This document shows positions 14,030 through 29,385 of a stretch of 64,000 nt of DNA, piece by piece (position 1 is the stretch's first letter; each line of letters begins with the position of its first letter). Below the pieces are notes generated by a model that was not told the DNA's origin, searched no databases, and was given only the letters and a program-made list of their open reading frames with translations. Both the position numbers and the translations under genes were made by a program. The DNA is from Eledone cirrhosa (lineage: Eukaryota). The DNA lies in contig OZ024740.1 of assembly GCA_964016885.1 (NCBI GenBank), positions 263,562,001-263,626,000 on the forward strand. The letters run 5' to 3'.

Positions 14030-16210
14030 ATTGCCCCTCCAACACCTTGACGATGACAACCTCTACTCCAAAGTCACAGGAATCACTCCCGCGCAGATTG
14101 AGTAGCACATCAACGCCACCTGGACCAACATCTGTAACCAGCGGAAGCTCCCGAAGAAGCTCAGATACAACCTCCTCACGGGGAACAGCAAACTACCCGC
14201 CTTCTACCACCTTGTGAAAACGCACAAACAGGGACCCGACCTGAAGGTCAGACCTATTGACCGCTCTACAAAATTTAATAGCTCCTAGCCAGAATACTTA
14301 AACCCATACTAGAGCCCTTGCCGGGACACGTAAACAGCTCTGAGGAGGTGTTGGAGCGCCGGTATCAAATGGATCCCGACACCAGAAAGGCTAACAGGTA
14401 TGCCTCCAGCCTTGATGTGGTCGCTCTTTACACCTCGGTTCCGGCGCTCCCGGCCATTGATATACTGATAGAACGCGTTCAATCTACCGACCTACACTGC
14501 TTCGGGCTCAGTCACACTGACATCAACCAGCTCCTATCCGTCGTCGATGACAACACGTATTTCGGTTTTCTCAACCAAACATACCGGCAAACCTCGGGGC
14601 TGCCACTGGGCTCAAGCCTGTCGGGTGTGCTAGCGATCTCATACATGGTCAACCTCGAGCGCAAGGCACTCAACAGCTGCCACCCCAACGCCGTCACCTC
14701 AAGGTACGTGGACGACATACTCATCCTCACATCTTTCCAGGAGATGGCGAACGGAATTTATGAGACGTTCAACAACACGGTCGAGAATACTGATTTCAGT
14801 GTTGAACACCCTAACGACGACGGCTCCGTTGCCCTCCTGGACTTCCGAATCAACATCACGGAGCAGGGAGGGACCACATCAACTTCTACCGCAAGGCAGC
14901 GTGCAAGGACTTGTTCGTCCACTACAAGTCTGCCCTCCCCAACAGTGCTAAAAGAGGGTACCTCACGAACGAGATCACGCGAATTAAAAACAGATGTACC
15001 GATCCCGTGAGTGGTGTCACCCACACTAAGCGATTCCTCAGGGTGCTAGAGACGAACGGATACCCAGCTTCGCTTACAAACAGAGTAAGAGACACCAGAC
15101 GCAAGAGGCAGAAAAACATCCAAGGCAGGTGCTTCATTAAAACCCCACACCTGGGCGAGAAAACTACAAACGCTATCGGCAGGGCTATACGGAGAGAGGG
15201 CCTCGGCTCCACCTGGCCCACTCGGGCCCCTCCCTACGGAGATGTCTCTCCAGGAAACCCGGGAAATCGACTGACGCGTGTTCCCTCAGAAACTGTCCGA
15301 TACGCCATCCAAACTGTTGCTTACGCACATACGTTGTATACAAGGTAGAGTGTGACAAGTGCAACCACTACTATATAGGTAGCACAATCCGGCCACTACA
15401 TATCCGGATCAAGGTGCACATCAACACCTGGGCCTTGTCTTTCCGGAAACACATAACCAAATGCGGAAAGAAAGACAGAAGGCCCATTATCACAGTGTTA
15501 GCGCAGAACGCAACATCGGCACGTTACGAATCAATGAAGAACTTTCGATCAAACGCCTAGGACCACAAATAAATAACGATCCGAGAGAAGCGAGACGAGG
15601 TGGCTGGTGTAAACAAACGAGACAACGACACACGCACACAAACACACAGTGGAATTCGAACGATTGTTATTGTGTGTTTAGCGCCCCCACCATCCACCAA
15701 CCAACAAGCGACGAGACAGACTACTACACTGCTAGTATCAAAGACCAGTACGTATAGGTAGTACAATGAATTGACAGCTAACGTCACCCCACTCCCACAA
15801 TAAAACGGAGCCGCTTTGACCTTTCCTTGACCACACCTATTCCGCACGCACGCGCGCTCTACAGATTACCTCAGTTACACACAAACAACAGTCAACAGAG
15901 GCCACGTACCGTTGCACTCCGACATATACCCCCCCCCCCCCCGAACACCCCCTCCCCAGTTGATGGATGCGAATCCGAAATACATGGTCAATTAATTCTC
16001 TCCCAAGGTAACTCTATCTCGTGTTATTATTTTTATTTTTCACGCTCTTTCCTACGTTCTTCTACACACTATACATCTCATTCTACATTCCCTTACATCT
16101 CTCTCTTCACCACCGGATTCTGTTACCCGGAGATTTTCGCAACTGCATTGTTGAGGCTTCCAAAACGACAAAAAAAATAAAAAAAATTATTATTCCACAA
16201 ACTTCAATAC
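14030..16210 (+). mobile_element. 5'-truncated, frameshifted Penelope-like element (RT plus GIY-YIG endonuclease, then 3' UTR)
   Basis: Motifs YHLVKTHK..RPI, SLDVVALYTSVP, GLPLGSSLSGVLA, RYVDDIL, then VVYKVECDKCNHYYIGSTIRPLHIRI; flanked by (TA)n. Confidence 0.93.
14210..15575 (+). pseudogene. Disrupted PLE RT/GIY-YIG ORF
   Basis: ORFs 14318-15010 and 14911-15348 plus downstream frames are joined by frameshifts. Confidence 0.88.
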
Positions 16211-16309
<99 letters not shown>

Positions 16310-16599
16310 TGTGTGTGTGTCTGTGTGTGTGTGTATATGTTTGTATGTATATCTATATATATAAAACTGGTGTGGTCTGTGTGTGTGTGTGTGTGTCCTC
16401 GTTTTTGCAAAGTCTATACAAATCCACATTTCTACTCCGATTGACTTCAAACTTGCATTTATATATTCCTTGCGGTCTAAAGATAATTTTCTGTTGTTAA
16501 AGGGGTGTTAGGCGCCGGTTATCCATCTCCGTAGCGCTCTTATAATATATGTCTGTATGCCTGCCTGTCTGCATTACGACATTCTGACGAACATTGATG

Positions 16600-16800
16600 A
16601 CGTATTATGTTCGCTATTTTCCGTTCATTGCCAGGGAACATCTTCTCGAACCAAAGTATCGTCTTCCTGTTTTCCTTCGGTTGCAACGTTTTTCGAAATA
16701 TTTACTTCTGCGTTCACAGATTTATTATCTTAGTTTCAGAAGATCCCGTTAAGGGTGAAAGCAACGATTCTTTGCTTAAACTTTAATCTGTTATTTTAAT
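16600..16800 (+). mobile_element. Solo pLTR of PLE family D, HHR at 16732-16782
   Basis: Reverse-complement homologue of about 25040-25245; AGTTT CAGAAGA tCCC gttaa GGGt GAA AGCA acgattctt TGCT T AAACT. Confidence 0.8.
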
Positions 16801-16804
16801 CTAT

Positions 16805-17345
16805 ACACTGAATTAGCAGCAATGTTTGACGTTACTATTCCAATAATATTGGTCCATTTGAAACAAATCGGCAAGGTAAAGAAGCTGGACCAATGGTTTC
16901 CACACGAATTGAACGAGCCCCAGAAGAGAAGTTTTATCAAAGCATGCTGTTCTTCACTGACGCAGCATAGAGGTGAATCATTATTGCATCGTATTGTTAC
17001 TTATGACGAAAAATTAATTTTTTTCAACAATCGCAAGTGTTCAGCATGATGTGCCGAAATACGGTCCAAAGAAAAATCTTCACCCTAAAATCTTAATTGT
17101 GTCTGGTGGTCCAACGCTAGTATAGTTTTGTTAGAGTTGGCTAATCGATTTCAGTGGGTGCATATTGCAACCAATTGGACGAAATTATAAGGGAGCTTAC
17201 GATTAAACATGCAGGATTGGTCAAAAGAGATAACGCTCGACCACATATCACCCAACTCCTACCCTGCTTAAACTACAGGAGATGGACTTAGAAACTCTCC
17301 ATCATCCCCCACCCCATAGTCACCAGACGTTGTACCAACTGACTT
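16805..17345 (+). mobile_element. Mariner transposase remnant
   Basis: KKLDQWFPHEL (WVPHEL motif), IVTYDEK, DNARPH and a SPDVVPTD motif resembling YSPDLAP. Confidence 0.9.
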
Positions 17346-17779
17346 TGGCGGAGGTAGTATTGACAGGAGCCACCCACTGGGTCGTATGATATTTAGACTC
17401 TGTCTAGACTGCTGCAGTTGAGACCGGGGATACTGCGTACTTAATCACGGAGTCCCCATATTAAACGAAACAATGTGGTGAAGATCCTTTTGTTCTTTCA
17501 GCTACATAAGTGTTGGGTAAATCTACTTTTGAACTCAATGGTTGTTATGATGAAAGGCAAAGTTGACACTGGCAGGCTTTGAAATCAGTAACCCCATAAA
17601 GATAAAAGGCAAATTCGACGGAAGCGGGGTTTCAATACAGAACGTGAACAGCTGGAACAATCTCGCAAAAGCGTTTTTCAGGTGCTCTAACAATTTTGCC
17701 AATCCACCACTAGTGATTATCATCTTCATTGCTTGTAATGTAATAATGATTTCTAATTTAATCTCGGGGTCAGCAATAT

Positions 17780-19285
17780 TAGTGGGAAAGTAAGATCAAT
17801 TTTAGTAGGAGCCCAGTGCTTGAGGGTACTTTATTTCATCAACCTCGGAAGAATGAAAAGGAACATTGATCTTGGTGATGTTTCATCTCAGAAAGTATTG
17901 TCTCGGACCAAATACTGCTAAATATGCATCCAATGCTCTAAAGATTTTTCCAATTTACAGCATATATCGATGCAGTAATTGCTTCTGTTTCAAGTACAAG
18001 GCCAAACATTTTAGATGAGAGGAAAGTCGATTAAAGTGATCCAGTGCATTACTGGTACTTTATATTATCGACCTCGTAAGGATGAAAGAAAAGCTAACCT
18101 CAGCAGGATTTGAACTACGGATTTGAACTAAGAACACAGATGGATGTAACACTACACCACAAAGCATGTTGTCCGATGCTCTATCAATACCATAACCCGC
18201 AGTCCTCATATGTGATGTAATAATGGTTTCTGTTTTAAGCACAACGCCAATAATATGGTGGTGGGAAAGTCGATTAAATCGACTCCAGTGCGATACTGGT
18301 ACTTTATTTTATCGACTTCTTAAGGATAAAAAGCAAAGCTAACCTCAGCTGGATTTAAACTCAGATCGTAAAGAGCCGTAAGTATGACGCAAAGCATGGT
18401 GTCCTACGCACTACAGATGCTGTCAATTCGCCGCACTTATATGTGATGTAATAATTGTTTCTACTTTAGGCACAAGATCAGCAATTTTGGGGAGGGGAAA
18501 CCGACCCCAGTGCATTACTGATGCTTTATTTTATCGACCCCGTAAGGAAGAAAGGCAAAGCTAACCTCGGCGGGATTTTATGTGTGATGTAATAATGAAA
18601 TAAATGTCAAGTCACTTACGCATGAATTAACAAAACTGTTTAAGTGAAATTACAGAGAAGAAGAAGTAAAAGGAGGAGTGAGAACAAAGAGAAGAAAAAG
18701 CACTGTAATATAGGGTGACGTTTAGAGACATATATACATAGAGGAGAAAGGGTAGACAAGAAAGAATCAGGGAAGAGAGAGAGATAAAGGATGAGGGGAA
18801 ATTAAATATATGTTGTTGTTGGTGGTGGTGAGAGTGGTATGTTAGGTTAAAACGAAAGGTTAAGAGAAAAACAATAGTGGTGGTGGTGGTGGTTGTAGGT
18901 AAGGGGTTGTAGGTAAGGGGTCAACTATATTAAATAATGGTTTCTGATTTAGACACAAGGCCAACATTTTGGATGGGTAAAGTCGATGGAATCGACTCCA
19001 GTGCGTTACTGTTACTTTGTTATTGACCCTGTAAGGATGAATGGTAAAGTTAACCCCAGCGAGATTCCACCACGTGGAATATATAAAATAATGGTTTCTT
19101 AATTTTTTTTTTTTTTTGATGCATTAGTGTTAGTGATGGTGTCAGTTAAGGAAAAGGAATGAAATGAGGGGATGGGGATAAATTATCCAATATATAAGAA
19201 TATAAATATACCGAAGTCAACTTTGCCATTCATTCTTTCTAGGTCGATAAAAAAGTATTAATCCAGTACTGGGGGTCGATGTTTC
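17780..19285 (-). mobile_element. Cluster of about 6 SINE copies, mostly tandem on the minus strand
   Basis: Repeated CCAGTGCATTACTGGTACTTTATTTTATCGACCCCGTAAGGATGAAAGGCAAAG-like blocks at about 17810, 18040, 18285, 18507 and 18998; plus-strand fragment near 19210. Confidence 0.85.
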
Positions 19286-20004
19286 CTCTTATATCTCTTT
19301 GTCACTTCCATTCTTTCATTCTCTATCCGTCTCGTGAAGGAATCTGCTGTTTGGAGAGGAGATAGGCTCCACCCAGTTTAAATAAAAATGCCCAAGAAAC
19401 GTTGCATGTCAATACGGCGCCCCAATGACTCCTTCAGATGTTATGGGACAATACATATGTACATATAAATATAAATATTCAAATAAATAAATGAAATATT
19501 TTAAATCATGGTGAAAGAGAAAAGAGATGTGGGCAGTACTGCGGCGATATTATGTAGGTGTAGCCTACACCGTGTAGGGATAGTGGTAGGGAATGGACTG
19601 TGTGAAAAAGCGTTTTGCTGTATAATTTGAGTACATGAAATTGTGATTTGTAAGAACAGTGTACTGAATGTATGTATTTATGTCTGTTTACGTGTATGTA
19701 TGTATGTATTCATGTATATATGCACGTATGTATGTATGAATGTATGTATGTATATATGTATGCATGCATATATCGATGTATTTATGTATGTATGCATGCT
19801 TGTCTCTCTTTCTCTTAATTTCGAGTATATTTTTGACGGGCCAACTTCCTGGTGGCAAGGTTGTAAAAGAAAAGAAATAGTCATGCCTTGAATCGCCATG
19901 TATGTATGTTAATGGGGAATTTTGAGGTATTTATTAGAATTATTAATTATTTCATTTCTGAGATATCATTGGAAGGATTTGCTCAAGTTTTTAATTATAA
20001 ATTA

Positions 20005-20375
20005 TTTTATTAGTAACTTAGCATGTGGTTCTTGTATAAAATTATGTTGGAAGATTTTAATATAAATATGAATCCTGTATTTCAATTAATTATGAAGAAT
20101 GTTGAGCGATTTATCGTAATTGTTAGTTAATTACTAACATAGTAACTTAATATCTGGTTGTTATATAGAGTTTCATTGGAAGACATTAATTTAAATAGGA
20201 ACCATTTCCTCAGAACAAGAAATAATTTTAGCTGGGTTTGTACCAGAAGGGTTAATGAAGATGTATGAACAATTTACTAATATTATTAATTATTTCATTA
20301 AATAGATAGTAACTTAACATTTGGTTCTTTTATAAAATTATGTTGGAAGATTTTAACTGAAATAGGAACCTTTTT
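20005..20375. repeat. Degenerate three-copy repeat of a block of about 65 bp
   Basis: TAGTAACTTA(G/A)...TGGTT...ATTATGTTGGAAGATTTTAA at about 20011, 20140 and 20307. Confidence 0.7.
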
Positions 20376-20489
20376 AAATGAGTGGATTTATGTCATCAAA
20401 GCAGAATCTGTATTTGGTACAGAAAGCGTTATGCAACAAATAATACAACGATGTATGTATGTGTATAAATATGTATATATGTATGTATA

Positions 20490-21040
20490 TATATGGAGAA
20501 AAAAATTAATTTCTCATTCAAGGTACGGCTGATACTTAAATATAAGTATGTATACGTACATACATATATGTATACAGACGTACAGTAGTATGTATATACA
20601 TACATACATCCACACATATATATATATGTACGTATGGGTTTACCGAACATTTATTATAATGTTCGGTTTGTTTGTAAACAAACAGCCCGAATTAAGCCGT
20701 ACAGTTTTCGGCAACCAACGTTGCCCGTTTGTTCAACACTGAAAAAGGAAAGATGAACTAGTTTCTAGCTTATTAGCTGTCATCAGCAGCTCCGTATACC
20801 TTCCTGTCAGTTGATTGAACGTTTGAAAGTATATACTTTCCCTATGCATATTAACGGCTGTGCAGACTAATTTGCATATCGAGTGAGTTAGTCGACCGTG
20901 CGTATTGAAAGCGATAAATGGAAAAAAAGAAATTTCATTTCTCACTCTTAGTACGGCTGATACAGACGTACAGTAGTATGTACAAACATACATACATGCA
21001 CATATAAACAAACAACCTGAATTAAGCCATACATTGTTCG
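20490..21040. repeat. Dispersed repeat, two partial tandem copies; related sequence at 46470-46625
   Basis: Shared GTACGGCTGATAC...TACAGACGTACAGTAGTATG and GAATTAAGCC blocks. Confidence 0.65.
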
Positions 21041-21043
21041 TAT

Positions 21044-21084
<41 letters not shown>

Positions 21085-21086
21085 TT

Positions 21087-21117
<31 letters not shown>

Positions 21118-21160
21118 ATATATATATGTATATATGTATGTATATATATATATATATGTA

Positions 21161-21211
<51 letters not shown>

Positions 21212-21289
21212 ATATATGTATGTATATATATATATATATGCATATATGTATGTATATATATATGTATATATATATGTATATTTCTATGT

Positions 21290-22430
21290 ATGTTCTGGTT
21301 TTATAATTTCATAAATTCTTACCAATAGAGAGAGAGTCGGTTTTCTAACATAGACACAAGACTTTTTCATTGGAATTTACACAACATGAACTAGGTAGAT
21401 ATGTATGTATGCATGTGTAGATATGGATGTCATTGTATGTGTGGATGTGGATGTTTTGAGTTGTATGTGTGCATTTGTATATGCTTTGTATCTGTACATG
21501 TGTATATGCAGTTATTAGATGCAACATTGTTGGAATGTTTTACATATTTTTACTGTTCCATTAATGAATTGTACTTGTAATTTCCTAACTAGTTGTGTTC
21601 TTTCTGTTCCTGTGAAGCATAGATTCTCAAGATTTGTATTGAGGCAGTTACTAACATATCCCAGTGCCCCAATAATCACAGGCATACATCTGAAGGTGTA
21701 ATCAGGGTGGAGTATCTGCAGATTTCTCATCAGTTCTGCATAAATATTCTTCTTTTCACTAATCTTTGATATTATATTGGCATCTGCTGGGCAGCTAATT
21801 TCCACTACTGTGCATGCTTTCTTCTCCCTGTCCCATATCATAATATCTGGTCTGTTATGCCTGCATTTTATTGGGTTTTACTGGAACATTCCACCAGTAC
21901 TCTTTCATATTATGTACATGGATGTCTTTCACATTGCTGTAGCTTTTAATGTGTTTATTATCAGGGCTATCTCTTTTACGAACTGCATTGTATAGTGTTT
22001 TGGCCACTACATCATGCCTCATAGGTAGATAAAATCGCGATGACATATTTGGACAGCTGCTGATGATATGGCTGATATCCTCGATGTTAGTTCTGCAGAG
22101 TCTGCACTTGTTATCACTTCTAGGTGTTTTGACTACATCCCTATCTCTTTTGTGAATCAGGTATTTCGTGCTAATCTTCTGTTCCTGGATTGCAAAAGCG
22201 TATCCTTCAAAGTGGGAGCCAATATAGCGGTTGTTGGTCCAAGATAGACTACTTTCCTTATCTATACTACTCTCACTATGGAGCTTCCTTCAACAAATCC
22301 TTGCATGATTTTTTGGCTGATAGGCATGCAGTTTTTCATTCAGGGATTCACTGCGATACTGCTGAGCGACATCCCTGGGTGTGAGTTTTTGTTTATCACA
22401 CAGGGAATATCTCTGAAGGAGTTCCTTCCC
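21290..22430 (-). mobile_element. 5'-truncated R4/Dong-like non-LTR retrotransposon (CCHC knuckle plus restriction-like endonuclease)
   Basis: CRLCRTNIEDISHIISSC, RHDVVAK, RPDIMIWD..VVEISCP, PVIIGALG; flanked by TA/TATG microsatellites. Confidence 0.88.
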
Positions 22431-22603
22431 ATGTATGTATTTATGTATGTATGTATGTATATATGTATGTATATAGGTATGTATATATATATGTATATAT
22501 GTATATATATATATGTATATATGTATATATGTATATATCTATGTATATATGTATGTATATATGTATATATGCATGTATGTATGTATATATGTATATATGT
22601 ATG

Positions 22604-22639
<36 letters not shown>

Positions 22640-22779
22640 TATATATATGTATAGTATATTGCTCTGATTATTTAATTTATTAATTCATCATTGAGCCACA
22701 TCGTGAATGGTTGCCAAAACATATATATCTGTGACTTTGTCTAGTTTGTGTATATGTAAATCTTTATAAGGTTGAGATG

Positions 22780-22862
22780 CAATTTGGGCAATATTGGCAA
22801 TTTGGGCAATTTGGCAATTTGGGCAATTTGGGCAATTTGGGCAATTTGGGCAATATTGGGCT
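22780..22862. repeat. (AATTTGGGC)n minisatellite, about 9 copies
   Basis: Direct reading. Confidence 0.92.
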
Positions 22863-23006
22863 GAGCTTTCTAGCAACGAGCCCACTCGCCGTAGGCTCCA
22901 ATCACATTCTTTCTGACTTAACCACCGCCACGTCCTCAGTTCTTAGCCATTTTGAATTCGTTTCTGGCGCGGATCATTTAAGAAAAATCTTAGTGCAAGT
23001 GAGTTT

Positions 23007-23086
23007 GTTTCCTGATGAGTTCGAAGCTCGAGAATTTACCCGTGATAGGATATTTACGAAAGCGACGAAACCCTAAGGGTAGAAAC
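23007..23086 (+). ncRNA. Type I hammerhead ribozyme with enlarged stem-loop II
   Basis: GTTTC CTGATGA [48 nt, G..TCG/CGAC] GAA ACCC taa GGGT A GAAAC. Confidence 0.8.
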
Positions 23087-23380
23087 GTAATCCTGGTATG
23101 TGTATATGCATTTTTTTCTTCTAAGCTTAATTTTATACCTAATTGTGTATGTTTGACGGTATATTTACTCGATTTCCACGTGCTATTGAAATGTTGGGTA
23201 AAAATTCTATGGCGGTTGATCGCGAATAGATGGCTGTCGATTATTTATCTACTATTTCTTCATAGGTGCCTTTTAATCTTATAGCCTGGTTTAATTGGTT
23301 TTTTGTGTGGTTGATTATGCTAATTGGGAGAGGAAATGGTGTATATATATTATAAAATGATTCTATGGGCATACTTTATA

Positions 23381-23411
<31 letters not shown>

Positions 23412-23722
23412 ATTCAATGATATTAAATAAATGGAAACTATATTTATAAATCCATATTTATTCTATTATATATATTTCAAGGGCACCAAAATCTTTGGTA
23501 CGCTTTCATCAGATAAAATACAAAGAGTGTTTTATAAATGTTGACATAGCAAAGGAAACCATACCTCATCAGTTGAATTTTCTTTGGGTAGTGATATTAA
23601 AGAACGGATATTTCAAACTTATGGATGAATATGCAACTGAATATGTAAATAAGGTTGAGTTATATGTTTGAAAAACCGTTATTTTAAACGCTATGGAAAG
23701 TTTAGATATATAATAAGAGAGA

Positions 23723-23872
23723 AAGAAGAAGAAGAAGAAGAAGAAGAAGAAGAAGAAGAAGAAGAAGAAGAAGAAGAAGAAGAAGAAGAAGAAGAAGAAG
23801 AAGAAGAAGAAGAAGAAGAAGAAGAAGAAGAAGAAGAAGAAGAAGAAGAAGAAGAAGAAGAAGAAGAAGAAG
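23723..23872. repeat. (GAA)n microsatellite, about 50 units
   Basis: Direct reading. Confidence 0.98.
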
Positions 23873-24578
23873 GCAAAAGACCAATTATATACGTTAATTT
23901 TGGGGGAAAAAATCGAATATTTACCTATAATAATATGGAGAATTATGTTTATAAGTATTTATCTTATAATATAGTAGTGGGTTAAATATATAAATATCTA
24001 TGTATATTTTAATAATAGTATATGTATTAGTATTAAAAAGATAATTTGCAATTATTAGTTGTTTATAATATGAATTACGAGGGACGTTGATTTTGTGTTT
24101 CATGTAGATAAATAAATAATTAATTAGTTCAAGTTTTAGGTGGTTGATCATAATATGAGTCACGAGGGCGTTGATTTTGTATTTTATGTAAATATATAGG
24201 TAGTTAAAATTATGAATTTATATATTTGGATAACTTGTTCGGCACTGAGAATGTCTTAAATTAAATTAACGGAGTTAGGTATATGTTTATATGATTGAAA
24301 AAGGAAAGATAACTCCGATTTTATTTGTTAATCGTTAGTGTGAGGTTAATTAATCATTTAGTCGAAAGAAATATAAATGTTTTAACATCGTCTTGAATAG
24401 GATATATTTTCTAAAATCAGTTAATGGTTATAAATTTACGTTTAAAAAATTAGCTTTAGAGGGTCTCATTGGAAAAATAAAGAATAAAAAAATAAAAAAA
24501 TTAAGAAATAAAAAAAAACTTAAAAGATTAAAATTAAAGTTATATGGATATATATAAATATATTATATATAAATAACT

Positions 24579-24655
<77 letters not shown>

Positions 24656-24656
<1 letters not shown>

Positions 24657-24760
24657 TAACGAAGGAAATGTGGTAAGGAACCTGATCGACCATAACGCAC
24701 CAAAGTACTCAATACTTAGGGTAGTATAGTGGGTAATAGGAACAAGTAGAAACCCTACTA
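24656..24760 (-). mobile_element. Family E pLTR-tail fragment; other copies at 32961-33100, 38719-38797 and 52659-52948
   Basis: Shared AACGAAGGAAATGTGGTAAGGAACC...AATACTTAGGGTAGTAGAGTGGGT, always starting in (TA)n. Confidence 0.8.
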
Positions 24761-24765
24761 AATAA

Positions 24766-24800
<35 letters not shown>

Positions 24801-24801
24801 T

Positions 24802-26797
<1,996 letters not shown>

Positions 26798-26885
26798 TAA
26801 TTATATAATTCTGTTCTGAGATGAATATATTATTAATATATTCTGAGATTAATAGATTATGTATATATGTATATATGTATATATG

Positions 26886-26916
<31 letters not shown>

Positions 26917-26971
26917 TATGTATGTATGTATGCATATATCTTTGCATGTATGTATATTAGTAATTAGAAAT

Positions 26972-27310
26972 AGTGGGGCTGGACACCCGATAGCGCGGTT
27001 AACCACTGGGAGTGAAGGACCCCTAGCCTTTGTCAGGGCATTCTTCTAGGAGAAGGCAACTCAGGAAATGGGATAACTCCGATATAAAACTTGCGGCTCA
27101 GTAGTTACCGATGATGTTGATCTTTTCTTCTTCTCGGCTTATAGCTACTGTCGCTCAGAGACTGGGTTTGGCTCAGTGCATAGTCTTGCCTCACTTAAAC
27201 AAATATCTTCATGCACAGGCATTGCACGATAGAATTAATTAATAATTATTAATAATATTATATCGTGCAATGGCCATACTCGATAACGAGGGACCAGCCA
27301 TCATCCTTAT
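26972..27310 (+). mobile_element. Non-autonomous element with an RTE 5'-UTR-like motif; diverged relative at 40300-40440
   Basis: TTCTAGGAGAAGG..ACTC, GATGTTGA and CAGTGCA blocks are shared by both loci. The RTE link is from recall of RTE 5' UTRs. Confidence 0.45.
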
Positions 27311-28053
27311 GTATGTATGTATGTGGCGTTTTATCTAGGAAAGGGTTTTGAAAGTTGGCTGAAAGTGCTGTGCGCATGGTGGCAACTGTTATATGATGTG
27401 TTTGTGGTGATGGTTGCTGTTGTGTAAGGGAAGTGTTGTGTTGGCGATGAAGGTCGGTGTTCTGTGATGTGGCGGGGGAGATGGGTGGTGTTATGTAGTG
27501 TTATGTAGGTGGGGATTCCGAGGTGGAAGCAATCGTGGAAATGGTGGTGGCGGCGATGGTGTGTGGTAGAGAAAGTTATATTAGTTATGGCATTGGTGAA
27601 TGTGCGGGTAAAGCTTGGCGTTGTGTGATGTGCTGAATGGTGGGGCTCTGTTATTTATAGTTGGAGTTATGTGGTGAATTCTCGTGGTGGGGGTGATGTT
27701 GTTGCTGGTGTTTGAGGTGGCAGTGATAGTGGTCATGATAGTTGGTGTTGTGCCGTATGATTGGGGTGGTGGTGGCTCAGGTGGATGTGCAGGTAGTGGT
27801 TGCTGCAATGTGGTGAGGTGATAGTGGTTGTTGGTGTAGATTGGTGTGGTGGTGGTGAAGAGTGTCGTGTGGAGTGGTGTCTGTAGTAATGATTGATGTT
27901 GTATGGTGTACTCCGCTGTTGGCGAAGAAGGATTAATAGTGATAGATTGATATGGCACAAAAGGAGAGGTGAGAGTGATCGATGAAAAGTGAGGAAGAGA
28001 GGAGAAGCGAGTATCGAATAGCGATAATGTGATGGCTGGGTGGTCTTGACAAG

Positions 28054-28089
<36 letters not shown>

Positions 28090-28102
28090 GTCTTGACAAA
28101 AT

Positions 28103-28164
<62 letters not shown>

Positions 28165-28166
28165 CG

Positions 28167-28431
28167 TAATAAGCAATACAATTTAATTATTCCATTACCG
28201 AAGGTTTCGAGAAACTAGACGGTTCTTACAGAAACGTCCAGCTCGTTCGTCAGACAAAACAATTATGTTTTGGATATGAATTTTGAAAATTATATCTATT
28301 AAAAAGGAAAGTAAGGCTGAGTTTAAATAACATCTTGTAACAGAAAAAATAGAAGCTGGATGTTTCTGTAAGAATCGTCCAGTCCCTCGAAATCTTCGGT
28401 GATGTAATAATTATATTGTGTTGCTTATTAT
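28167..28431. repeat. Inverted repeat, arms about 78 bp, next to (TA)n
   Basis: TAATAAGCAATACAAT...CTTACAGAAACGTCCAGCT versus AGCTGGATGTTTCTGTAAG...ATTGTGTTGCTTATTA. Confidence 0.85.
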
Positions 28432-28505
28432 GTAATTATATAGATCTGTACTATACTTAGAACACTCTTCTTTACTTTACCTTTTCTACGGAAATAGTTA
28501 ACACA

Positions 28506-28554
<49 letters not shown>

Positions 28555-28852
28555 TACACACACATACACACACATACACACACATACATACACACACAGA
28601 CAAACACACACATACATATATGTATGAGACAATCCATGAATTTTTCTTTACAGGTATTATTTATGTTTTTTGCTTCAGTATCGACCTTTTATGCGCGTTT
28701 CGCAGATGATTTGTTCAAGGTCAGTCAGGGAAGCTATGGATTCAACAATATTATCGAACTGCGTGTCAGACTGGTGATTCAACAAAACATAAACTCCCTG
28801 TGCAAGGTGTGCTCATATTCATACCACCACCAATAATCCATTGAATCACATA

Positions 28853-29032
28853 TTTGGCAATATTGGTAGAGGGTCCGACGCCATGCTTTGCAGCATAGAG
28901 TTACGGCCCTTTATGATTTGAGTTCAAATCCCACCGAGGTTTTAACTTTGCCTTTCATCCTTACGGGGTCGATAAAATAAAGTACCAGTAATGTACTGGG
29001 GTAATTGCTGGCCTTGTGCCAAAACTAGAAAC

Positions 29033-29036
<4 letters not shown>
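28853..29036 (+). mobile_element. tRNA-derived SINE
   Basis: TGGCAATATTGG A-box-like and GAGTTCAAATCCC B-box; same body as 44050-44239. Confidence 0.9.
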
Positions 29037-29079
<43 letters not shown>

Positions 29080-29191
29080 TCCAGTTCCTCGGAGGAATAA
29101 CAACACACGCAGAAGCTGGATATATCGATGTATTGACGGAGTAACACACACTTCAACAACATGTGTACCTGTCTTTTACACATCAAATCGG

Positions 29192-29256
29192 ACTGCCTGA
29201 AGAGGTCTCAGCCACTGAAGAGGTCACAGCCAATGATGGCTGTCACCGAAATATAT
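29192..29256 (+). ncRNA. Degenerate hammerhead with a duplicated 5' core
   Basis: CTGAAGAGGTC(T/A)CAGCCA twice, stem II GGT.ACAGCCA/TGGCTGTCACC, then GAAA. Stem III region is TATATA and stem I 3' strand is not evident. Confidence 0.55.
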
Positions 29257-29304
29257 ATATAAAAGTAATTTTTAATTTACAACAAACGAACCCAAATTTT
29301 ACAC

Positions 29305-29370
<66 letters not shown>

Positions 29371-29385
29371 TATATATATATTATA

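Noticed and set aside
22780-22862. Telomeric repeat or CPN-repeat protein
   Set aside because: The 9-mer is not TTAGGG-like, and the ORF is only the translated minisatellite.
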